Assembly (NCBI RefSeq): GCF_000281045.1
Contig: NW_008246089.1
Location: forward strand, 492,933 to 541,070
Direction of reading: 5' to 3'
Source of the DNA: Saprolegnia diclina VS20
Taxonomy: Eukaryota
DNA: 48,138 nt
In this document: one piece after another, positions 19,741 through 29,585 of the stretch
Layout: each line of letters starts with the position of its first letter
Position numbering within the stretch: the stretch's first letter is position 1
Made by a program: the position numbers and the translations under genes
The notes under the pieces: model-generated
What the model saw: the letters and a program-made list of their open reading frames with translations, nothing else
Told to the model about the DNA's origin: nothing
Database searches by the model: none

Positions 19741-22700
19741 ATGAAGGTAGAGCCTGCGCCGCGTCTGGCGAACCTCCTCCGCCAGGCCATGCCGACGACG
19801 GCGCTACCGCCCGTGTACACCTCGAGCCAGGACCGGGTCGAGATGGCGCTTGCTGCGTTGTACGTGCTCTGGACGGTCGTCTGCAGCGCTCTGTACGTGT
19901 TTCTCATCGATTCCAGCTTTGCCAACGACGCAGTCTGGGCCGGCTTTAACGCATCTGCCCACCAAACGTACTTGGCCGACCTTGTCGTGTCGCTGCAGCG
20001 CTTCAACCGGTCGCTGCTCGATGACGGGCTCTACCTCGACTACAACACCAGCTTGGCACTCGACAAAACGTACTACGCCACATCGCCGTCCTCGACGATT
20101 CGCATCGAGGACAGCACGGCATGGGCACGGGACCTCTGGTTACGACCGCTGCCGTTGCACACAGCGATCAACATGCTACGGGCTGCGTCGCCCCGCGCCA
20201 TCGAAGGACTTGCAACGCGCTACTGTTGGGCCGATTTGGCGCGGACAATACCTCTGTCTGGGTTTGCTTCCTGGTGCAACACCAATCGCAGCCAAGCCAA
20301 CGCCGCCGTGTACCTCGAGGCCGTGCTGCGAAACGTGCCGGCGTCTTCGGATCGAGTCGCACTCCTGGCCCGCATCAATGCCACGATTGCGAGTCCTCTC
20401 GGGCCTCGCGGCCGCGCGTGGTTGACCACACTTGCCACAAGCGCGACCAATGGTGTCGCCGACGAAGCCAAACTCTGGTCGTACCACGGGCTTCAAACGT
20501 GGCAGTTCCAATACGACGAAGCGTTTGACGCGCACTTGACGGCCACGCTCGTCGTTCGCAATGCTCTGGGCATGGAGTACCCGATCACACTCACGCCTCG
20601 TCGTTGGCTGCCGCCACCGCCATCCCAACCGAACGGTTTCTGGGCCGACGTGGCTACGTGCGTCCAACTCAACTGCGCTCTCGTCCAGGGAACATCGACG
20701 GCAACCGGCGCGTTGGCGTCCAGTGCCCCGTATGCTGTGCTGCAGCCCGCACCGAGGAGGTTGCAGATGTACTTTACACGCTTCCAGCTCGCTTTCGCAG
20801 CGCTCCGCGTGCAGGATGGTACATCCGTGCGATCGATACCGGGATCTGCACCAACGTTCTTGCAACGCGCGTGGTGCGCCGCCGATGCCGCGCTCTGTCC
20901 GACCTCGGTGTCTGTCGCGAGTACGGTGTTTGCCATGCTGCTGCTAGCGCCCAACACCACGCAGCCGCTCGCAATCCATCACATCTGCGGTAGTGACACC
21001 ACTGGAACATGTGTCGCGGCGCTCACCTCGCTGGCACCGCTGCACCGCGCGCTGCAAGAGAAGTTGTCACCGCTTGACGCTATCGCTGCGCACAATGCCA
21101 CGGCGCATCTCACGCTCGTCACTGCCGACGCGACAGCCATCGCGCTGGACAGCCTCGATGCTTGGATTGTGCTGCACGAGTGGCTTCTTGGGCACCGAGA
21201 GGCAAGCTTTCATGCAGCAACCAACGTCACAAAGCTATCGCACCCGCTGATCTTGGAGTCGCCCGCGGTGGCGAGCGCGAATGACGTGCCGGTCGCCACT
21301 GGCATGCTTGTAATGGCCCTCGTATGCTACACGTCGGGCGTGCTCGCGACGCTAGCGCTTCTTGTGGGGCTCTTGGCGCTGCGGTACCACCCGTCGTACG
21401 CGCCGCGCCTCAACTTTTTGCACTTCAATCGCCTTGCGGGCTTTTCGTGGCTCGGTCGCCCCGCGATGCTCGTGCGCAGTCTCTCGGCGCTTGTCTATCT
21501 GAGCTCAGCCACCACCGCCATGGTCACGGCGCCCTCGGGGTATTCGTACTTTGAGGCGGCGCCGAAATCGCTCGTCGCGGTTGCCGTCGCCTCGGGCGAA
21601 GCCACGTGGCTCGTCTACCTCCTCCAAGACGCACTCGCACCCGTCACCGTGCTGCACCGCGCCGCGCCCGTCGGGTCGTTTCTTGCGTGGTTGGTTCTCG
21701 TGCTCGTGAGTTACTTTCACCCAGTCGGCCTCGAGCTCTACCTCGACACCGATGCGTGCAGCTACGCATTGGCGCCGACCGTGGCCAATTGCGCAGCTGG
21801 TGTCGTATACGTCGGCAGTCTCCAGCGCGTGCTGCTGCTCATCGCGATCAACGCCACGAGCGTCTGCGTTGGCTATCACATCTTGCAGATCTCCAACTAC
21901 TACTACTACTGGTGGTGGTGGTTCCAGGCCATCGAGCCGACGGCGCCACCGCAAACGCTTCTCTTCTCGGCATCGGTGGCCGGCATTCTCGTCGAAGTGC
22001 AGTCGCACCGCACCGCGTTAGCGTCGACATTGGACGTGCTCTCGAGTACGTTAGCAGGGTATCTCCCCGGTCGCCACTACGTCTTTGACGTGAACCTCTG
22101 GGTCTTGACACCCAACATTGCCAACCCGACAATGCACACGGTCGGGCTTCGAACCCCGACGTTTGCATGGCCCGTGGTCGTGCGCCGCGGGCCGTCGTCG
22201 TCGACGCTCGCAGCAACCGATGCTTCAGAGACGAACCGTCGCTGGCGGATCGTCCGTGCCGGTGGCGGTGTCGTCTACGTAGCGCTGACGGTCGCTTGTA
22301 GTTTTGGGTACCTGGACCTTGCCTCGTCGGCGTTCTCGACAGCCTTGTTCTCGGCCAACTTTGACGCGGCGCTGCATCTGCCGCTGCTAGCACAGTGGTT
22401 TAGCGCTCCGCTGTCGATCGCATACGAATCCACAGCGGCGTCTAGTACATCGCTTCTTGAGAGTAACAGCGTGCGTCTTCCCAACGAGTCGCGCATCTGG
22501 TCGTCCGCGCTTGACGGAGCTCGGTTGCACATGGAGGCGACGCTCCCCACGGTCATCGCCGGCTTGCGCTCGATGGACACAACCCTATTGCCGTATATCT
22601 TTACTCCCTACTGCTTCCTCGACTTGAACCAGACGTGGGAGATGGCTGCCTCCAGCGCGCGCCAAAGTCGATGCTACTCGTCCGCGTTTGCTAGCAACGG

Positions 22701-24843
22701 GGCCGTGTACCTCGAGAGCGTCCTCAGCAATACTGACTGGGACGTCCTCGCGCGCTCGTCGTCGTGGCACGGCCTCAACAGCAGCATCTTGGATCCGCTC
22801 CGGGCCAGTGACCACGGCCGTACCTGGATGCAGGTGACTGCCGCCAACGTGCTGACAACATCTATTGAGAGCGAAGCAGCGCGCTGGGAACGCGCGGGGA
22901 TCGCAACGTACACGACGCAATGGCAAAACTACAAGGTGCTCGGCCTCCGCGCCACGTACGACATCGTGACCGCGTACGGCGCCACGTACGCCATGCCGCT
23001 CACGACGATCGACGCCACGTTTCACGTCCGCAAGCAAAGCTGCTTGCACATGTACTGGGGCTTTGCAAGCGACCTTTACGCCGTGTCCTCCAACACATCT
23101 TCGATCTATGGCAAGTCCCTTCTCCGCTCGCCTGCATTCGCCTATGCCACCACATCGATCGAGGACGTACTTATCGCGCAAGGCATTGTCGCGACACCGC
23201 TCGACACCAAGGACGCCATGGTACGCGCGGCGCTCGGTCCATTTGGGACGATCGACATGCTGCGCGGCCGTCCGCCAGACGCATTGGTCGCCTGGTACAA
23301 GAGCGTGGTGCGGAGCCTTAGGACCGTGCTAGATGCCAATGCGACAGCAAGAGTGCAGCTTGGAGCGATACCGGCGCTCTGGAATGCGTCGGCGGTCCCG
23401 CAGGAATGGCTTCGTTGCAACGCAAGCGGAATGGACATCTTATGTCCATCTCGCCCCGCCACGCCACTGCGCGACGGGCTTCCATCGTTCTTTACGGCCA
23501 ATGGCGGCTGTTCAATGACGCGTCTCGAGTATGTTCGCTTGGACCAACCCACCTTGGTCTATGCGATCTTGCTGATTGGCGCGTCGAGTGTCGAGAATCT
23601 GGTGCCCGAGATTTGCGCGCAAGACGTTCGGACGCCGGCCAACTGCCTCGCGTCACTCCAGTCCGCGCAAGCGTTTGTATCTACCTTCATCGCATCGTCG
23701 GACCAAGAGCGCCTTGAGGTGCAGGCGCGAACGCTGGTCGCAGAGGTCTCTGCCATTGAAGTGGCGGGACTCCTTGCAGACACATCGACCCTTAGCCGGC
23801 TTGGCCTCGTCGCGTCCGCACCATACGCGTTCTTTGGGTGGGCCATGTTGCTGCAGTGGGTGCAAGGCATGCGCGAGGTGGTCACGTTCCAAGGCGACGT
23901 CGCTTCGCTTACACTGATCTCGACGTACGTCGACGCTGTGGTGACTGTCGCGGGCCCCGACGATGTCCCGCACGCCGCCATGCGCTACATGACAACTGCA
24001 CTCTGTGGCTTTTCCGTCGGGCTCCTCTGCGTCGCCGCGCTCCTGTTTGCGTACACGCTCGCGATCGCTGGGCAAGTCGAGGGCTGGAACTTTCTTCAGT
24101 TCAACCGCGTTGCCGGCGCCGTCTGGCTCGGTCGACCGCTGCAGCTCGTACGCGGCGTAACAGCCCTCGTCGTGCTCTCCACGGGCGGTCTGCACGTCGA
24201 CAGCACGAATGACCGGACGCGGTTCGTCGCGCCGCCCGTCAATGTTCTATGGGTCCTTGCCGCGGCGGGCGAGACGTCGTGGCTCGTCTACGTTGCCAAC
24301 GACGTCTTCTCCATGGTCACAGCCACATACACCCAGTCCATCGCAGTCAAAAGCAGCGTCATGGCCTTTGTTGCTGTCAGTGTTTGGACCTTCGCGGCGC
24401 CGATCGAGCCGATCGCGCACGTCGCACGCAGCTGTTCGACACCGATTGTCGACGGCCTCGTTGTATGCACGACGGGACAGGTCGAAATCGGCAGCCTCAA
24501 CCGATGCCTCGGCCTTCTCGGCGCTCTGGCCGCGTCATTTCTGACAAGCGTCATCGCCGACTGCGTCGCGAAGGGCACGTTGGTGCGCGGCGCGGCGTCG
24601 CTCTTCCTGCACGCGACAGCAGCGCGCTTCTTCCGCAGCGACGAGTGGCTTTTCCACGGCGTCTACTGCTTGGACCGCGCATCCGCGCTTCTCAACGGCG
24701 TCGTCTCGCTCGAGCACGGTGAGACGATGTATGTGTTCGACCTCAAGACGTGGCGCGGGTACAAGCTCCCGACGCCTCTATCCGCAGTCAAGACGGCGAC
24801 GCCCCCAGACCACATTGTGTCGGCCATTCCTTTGCTCGAGTGA
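19741..24843 (+). CDS. Giant (~1700 aa) intronless multi-pass membrane protein built from two ~800-870 aa repeats; function unknown
   Basis: Internal duplication: YCWADL/YCFLDL, NAAVYLEAVLRN/NGAVYLESVLSN, EWLLGHRE/QWVQGMRE, FNRLAGFSWLGRP/FNRVAGAVWLGRP, GEATWLVY/GETSWLVY, FDVNLW/FDLKTW. Each repeat has an N-glycosylation-site-rich ectodomain plus several TM helices. Confidence 0.85.
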   Translation: MKVEPAPRLANLLRQAMPTTALPPVYTSSQDRVEMALAALYVLWTVVCSALYVFLIDSSFANDAVWAGFNASAHQTYLADLVVSLQRFNRSLLDDGLYLDYNTSLALDKTYYATSPSSTIRIEDSTAWARDLWLRPLPLHTAINMLRAASPRAIEGLATRYCWADLARTIPLSGFASWCNTNRSQANAAVYLEAVLRNVPASSDRVALLARINATIASPLGPRGRAWLTTLATSATNGVADEAKLWSYHGLQTWQFQYDEAFDAHLTATLVVRNALGMEYPITLTPRRWLPPPPSQPNGFWADVATCVQLNCALVQGTSTATGALASSAPYAVLQPAPRRLQMYFTRFQLAFAALRVQDGTSVRSIPGSAPTFLQRAWCAADAALCPTSVSVASTVFAMLLLAPNTTQPLAIHHICGSDTTGTCVAALTSLAPLHRALQEKLSPLDAIAAHNATAHLTLVTADATAIALDSLDAWIVLHEWLLGHREASFHAATNVTKLSHPLILESPAVASANDVPVATGMLVMALVCYTSGVLATLALLVGLLALRYHPSYAPRLNFLHFNRLAGFSWLGRPAMLVRSLSALVYLSSATTAMVTAPSGYSYFEAAPKSLVAVAVASGEATWLVYLLQDALAPVTVLHRAAPVGSFLAWLVLVLVSYFHPVGLELYLDTDACSYALAPTVANCAAGVVYVGSLQRVLLLIAINATSVCVGYHILQISNYYYYWWWWFQAIEPTAPPQTLLFSASVAGILVEVQSHRTALASTLDVLSSTLAGYLPGRHYVFDVNLWVLTPNIANPTMHTVGLRTPTFAWPVVVRRGPSSSTLAATDASETNRRWRIVRAGGGVVYVALTVACSFGYLDLASSAFSTALFSANFDAALHLPLLAQWFSAPLSIAYESTAASSTSLLESNSVRLPNESRIWSSALDGARLHMEATLPTVIAGLRSMDTTLLPYIFTPYCFLDLNQTWEMAASSARQSRCYSSAFASNGAVYLESVLSNTDWDVLARSSSWHGLNSSILDPLRASDHGRTWMQVTAANVLTTSIESEAARWERAGIATYTTQWQNYKVLGLRATYDIVTAYGATYAMPLTTIDATFHVRKQSCLHMYWGFASDLYAVSSNTSSIYGKSLLRSPAFAYATTSIEDVLIAQGIVATPLDTKDAMVRAALGPFGTIDMLRGRPPDALVAWYKSVVRSLRTVLDANATARVQLGAIPALWNASAVPQEWLRCNASGMDILCPSRPATPLRDGLPSFFTANGGCSMTRLEYVRLDQPTLVYAILLIGASSVENLVPEICAQDVRTPANCLASLQSAQAFVSTFIASSDQERLEVQARTLVAEVSAIEVAGLLADTSTLSRLGLVASAPYAFFGWAMLLQWVQGMREVVTFQGDVASLTLISTYVDAVVTVAGPDDVPHAAMRYMTTALCGFSVGLLCVAALLFAYTLAIAGQVEGWNFLQFNRVAGAVWLGRPLQLVRGVTALVVLSTGGLHVDSTNDRTRFVAPPVNVLWVLAAAGETSWLVYVANDVFSMVTATYTQSIAVKSSVMAFVAVSVWTFAAPIEPIAHVARSCSTPIVDGLVVCTTGQVEIGSLNRCLGLLGALAASFLTSVIADCVAKGTLVRGAASLFLHATAARFFRSDEWLFHGVYCLDRASALLNGVVSLEHGETMYVFDLKTWRGYKLPTPLSAVKTATPPDHIVSAIPLLE

Positions 24844-25966
24844 ACCCACCTCCAGCGAGACTCTTTGTTCAAGGTATACTAAGGTGATACCATTAGTATA
24901 AACCACGTCAACTGACGTGAGCTTTTGTGATCCGAGTGACGCCTTTCATAATGGAAACGCATTTCTGTGCCGCCACGTCATCGTGGCAGGGGTCATTTGA
25001 CGTCGCCGTCGCTCGCTCAATCGAAGCGTCACGTTCGATTGACTGACCACTGGTTGGAGGTAGAGATGCAAGGACACGACATGTTCCGTGGTGAAACCAA
25101 GTGTCGTCGGTCAATGCTTTGAAGCCGCTGACACCCTCCTAACGATTGTGTGCAGCTCAAGATGCCTCGTCGTCTCTCGTCGTCCGCTCTGACCAGCCAC
25201 GTTGGCAGCATCCAGTTGGGACAGTGACACTGTGTGTACGAGCAGTGCCGACGACAACCGATCCAGTTGACCAACTGACTCGAAGGCCACTCAATGACCA
25301 CTCGATGGCGGCATCAAGAATTGCTTGACCGTAGCGCGCCTTCCGAACGTCCCAAGAAGGTGTGACGACTCAATCGCAAGGAGCATGGGAAGAATGAGCC
25401 TAGGCAAACCAGTAGGCTGTAGGCAAACGGCGCTTGCGCCCAGCGCAATTGCACTGGATGAATGCTCACCCCGTCGCAGCTCAATTACTCACGCCGTCGC
25501 GATGACTGCACGCACGCAGGCGCCGTCGCCATCGACCTTTTGCACGACAGATAGCGAAGATGCGGTTGCTTGTCGGTCTCGAGAGAAGGACGGCGCTCGT
25601 TCGTTCGTGCTGCAGCCACCGAATCGAGGTCGGTCGCCAATGCGTCGTTGACAGGAACAATCTGGTTCCAGAGCTCTGCGATGAGATTGCATACAAATGC
25701 CTCTGGTGGCTTTTGCGATGTACCTTGGAAATGCATATTTTAATCATTTTGTCATCGCGGACATAGTTTCGGCCCTTTTCCCACGCTTCGAACTTCGATG
25801 GGTGGCCGAGCTTGGTGGGGTTGACAGAGAAGCTTCGAACTTCGGGGTATCACCGTGTGGCGCCACCTGGCTTTGCGGAGGCGATGGGATTGGCCCGTCG
25901 GGACTGTATCTCTGGCGGCGCGAACCGGCGGCAGACACGCATCTCGACATTGGCCCGTCGAGCATC

Positions 25967-28353
25967 ATGATAGCGTTCGCATGGTTCATCATCCTGGGCA
26001 TGGTGATCGTGCTCCTTACGGCGCTCGTCGTCTTCCTCATGCTCTTCCGCCGTCGGGACGACGGCAGTGACATGCAGCCCGACATCGACGTCGTGCCATT
26101 CGATACCGAAGCGTCCGACATCTACCGTGAGAACCTCGCCGACAGGTGCGCTGGCGATGCCCGGATTTCGCCTTGTCGCCGCTCACGTTCGATGTAGCTT
26201 TAGCGACCACAACCTCTGGGACTGCAGCGTCTGCTCGTTCCACAACCACCCGGCCAAGCGCCGCTGCGACCTCTGCCAGACGCCACGCGGTACGTCCACC
26301 CGTCGTCGTCCGAGTCTTGGAGCTCATAACGTGCGCAGGGGTTGACCAGGGTACGTTCAAGCTCCTTCAGCAGCTTCACCAGCGCGATCTGAAAGACCAT
26401 GACCGCAAATCCAAAGTCGAGAAGACGCTAATGCACGTCCCTGCCTTCCCGCTGAGCAAGCTCCAGATCGCAGCGAGCCGGCGCAAGCAGTGGAAGCGCA
26501 TGCCGGGCGCCGACGGCCTCCATCGCTGGGTACACCATCTCGATCTGCCCCGTTCGTGGGCTTGAACCTACGTTGCAGGTCCGCGAGACGCGCAAAGGAC
26601 GCTCCAACTCGTGCAGCAACCGCGACCCGGTCGACATCATTCTCGGCGACTTTCCAAGCGATCGCAGCGGCGACGACCGAGAGAGCTCGACGTCCGTCCA
26701 CTCGATCGGCTACATCCGCGTTCGCGACTCGACGGGCAAGCTTGTCCTCAACGAATCCGGTCTCTCTTCCTTGCATCCCTTCGATCGACAGCTCATGATG
26801 CAAGGGTAGATACGGTCGCAACGGACTTTCACTACAAGATCAACATGGCGGGCACCGACGTCGTCATGAACCTCGAAGAGCTCACGATGCTGCCGTTTGC
26901 CCAAAAAATCAAATGGTTCTCGACGGAGATTCACCGCCTCTGGTTCCCGTGGGAGTCGGGCCATGTCGACATTGGTATGGCCTTTCTGCCTCTGTTGCAG
27001 GAGATCATATGATGTGCCAGTGGTCCGTCGTGAGAGCGTCCTCGCCGACTCGTTTGACCACATCATGCTGCTCAAACCGCACCAGATGCGGCAGCGCTGG
27101 CGCGTCTCGTTCGTGGGCGAGCCCGCGCTCGACGCTGGTGGCGTCCTCCGCGAGTGGCTCACGCTTCTCTGCGCCGAGCTCTTTCACCCATCGCTGGGCC
27201 TCTTTGTCGCGACTGTCGGCGATGACACGAGCTACTGGGTCCACGCGGGCTCGGGCTTTAGCCAGCCCAACCACCTCGACGTACGCCATCTAGTGTCTAG
27301 TTTTGTGTCGACTCATCATGCCCTAGTACTTTTCATTTGCGGGGCGTATCCTTGGGAAAGCGCTCCTCGAAGAACAGCTCATTCAAGTGCATTTGGCGCT
27401 GCCGCTGCTCAAGCACATGCTCGGCGTGCCTATTTCGTTCACGGACCTCCAGTTCCTCGACGACGAGCTCTACCGCAGTCTGCTGTGGCTCAAGCGCGCC
27501 ACGGACGCTGACGCGATCGCCGCACTATGCCTCGACTTTACCGTGGTATGTCGTTGTTGCGCTAAGATCGTAGTCGTGACGATTCGTGTAGACGCGCAAA
27601 GTGCCAAACGGCGTGCAAGTCGTGCCATTGGCGCCCAATGGCGACACGATTGATGTGACGCCCGTCAACAAGGCGGCGTACATCGACCTTCTCTTCCAGT
27701 ACCACATGCTCGACAGCGTCTCGATCCAGCTGCTTACACTGCTCGCATCGCTCTACTCGGTCGTGCCCGAAGGTCTCCTCAAGCTCTTTGACTACCAAGA
27801 ACTGGAGCTACTTCTCTGCGGTTTGGCGCCGAGACTTGTGAATGATTGAAACATTGATACTAGGTGTGCCGTCGATCGATACGGAAGATTGGCAGCGGCA
27901 CTCGGAGGTCAAGTACGTGACGCCGCTCGTGCCGACGGAAATCGAGCTCCGGAATTGCCGGTGGTTTTGGGCCATTGTCAACAACATGGCGCCGCAAGAG
28001 CAAGCGCGACTGCTGCAGTTTGTGACTGGCAGCTCCCGCGTGCCTGCGCAGGGGTTCAAGGTCGCGTCTTTCTATGATCACCGAGAGCGTGACACGCAAC
28101 TGGACGGCGTAGGCGCTCATCAGCAGTGACGGCCGCGTCCAGCCGTTCAACCTCGCGTTCTGCGGCCCCGAGATTGGGAACCCGTTCCCGCGAGCCCACA
28201 CGTGCTTTAACCGTCTCGATTTGCCCGTCTATCAAACGAAGGACGAGATGACCAAATACCTCACGCTGGTACGTACTACACTGTGCATGGCCGACGCTGA
28301 ACTGGTGTCGACAGATTGTCAACATGGACATCACTGGCTTTTCGATCGAGTGA
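25967..28353 (+). CDS. HECT E3 ubiquitin ligase with N-terminal TM helix and RanBP2-type zinc finger (copy B, multi-exon)
   Basis: TM FAWFIILGMVIVLLTALVVFLMLF; WDCSVCSFHNHPAKRRCDLC; F.GEPALDAGGVLREW; RLLQFVTGSSRVPAQGF; catalytic PRAHTCFNRLDLP; last exon IVNMDITGFSIE*. About ten short GT-AG introns. Confidence 0.9.
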
Positions 28354-29585
28354 TAAAAGTGTGTCTGTTCGATCGCCTATTTAACTATCAACACACCTGG
28401 TTCCAGCTAAATTTGCTACGGTGCTCGACTGTCCTTGGCCGCTTCGGAGGAGCTTTCGGAGGTTGTCCTCGATCCGGGCCTCGACAACCTCGGCACCTCT
28501 TTCTGTCAGCCGAGCAGGAGACCAAACAAAATGAATTATCCAACGTTTGCAGGTGACGCGTCGACAGTGTAGGGCGCTCGTTCGCGAGTCCCGCGTCGGT
28601 CTTCGGAGGAGCACGTAAAAAAAGCCTGATTTCAAATTATGTTTCCGATTTTGTCCTGGATTTCATGGCACATTGTCCAATGCAGTACTCACACTATACA
28701 AATGACATAATATAGTGATCACTAAATTTCGCATATAGTGTCCAGTTTGAAAATCACGCTGCGACGACCAAATGTACCGTAAATTTGCGCTTTTTTCAGT
28801 GCCACCACCAGTTCGTATGCGGAAACAGCTGGGTTTATGCGGATTGTTACGCGCCATGCAGAAATTGCAATATCTCATTTGCCCATCAATGAGGTGCAAT
28901 GAAATCTACGCAAGGACTCTAGCGATTTGTTACATAGCAACGTAAGATTTACGGTAAATTAAAGCAAGACCGTACTTATACAGGATCAAATTCTTCAGTA
29001 CGTTCAGTTTTACTTTGTTTTCAAAGTTGACATCACAAATGACTTTGATGATCGTATGTGACCACGTCCGTTGACTCGGGATGTCGGCCAGCAACTCGAA
29101 TTGAGTTTTGAGTTGCTGGCTCTTGATGAACGTCCACCGTTGCTATTCCAAGACGGTGTGAGCGGACGCTGGTGTTATGAGAAGTCATTTGCATTTTCAT
29201 TCCCTATTTTTTCCTTCGTATTCTCGAAATATTTCTTCCAAATCCCTGCATTTATACAGATCACGGACAGTGTCCCGACGACAAGCATAGCAGGTCCAAA
29301 CATTTCGTGCATCTGCGCACTATTTCAGCTCTCTGGTTGCGATGGATCACGTTCATACTTCTTGGTACATTGGCGCATCGCGTTCACTGGAATTTCGCAG
29401 CCGGACCTCGATCGTACGTTGAAACTTGTGGTAGATCACTGGTCTGTCAACGACGAGGCAGAAGTATCCGCACCACATTTGTGGGGCTTTGGCATCGCCC
29501 CTTGCCCACAGTAGAAACCGCGTTCGCGAATCCCAGGAGTCGGTTGGGCAGGGTTGGTTTAACAGGCACATTGTACAATTTTCAT

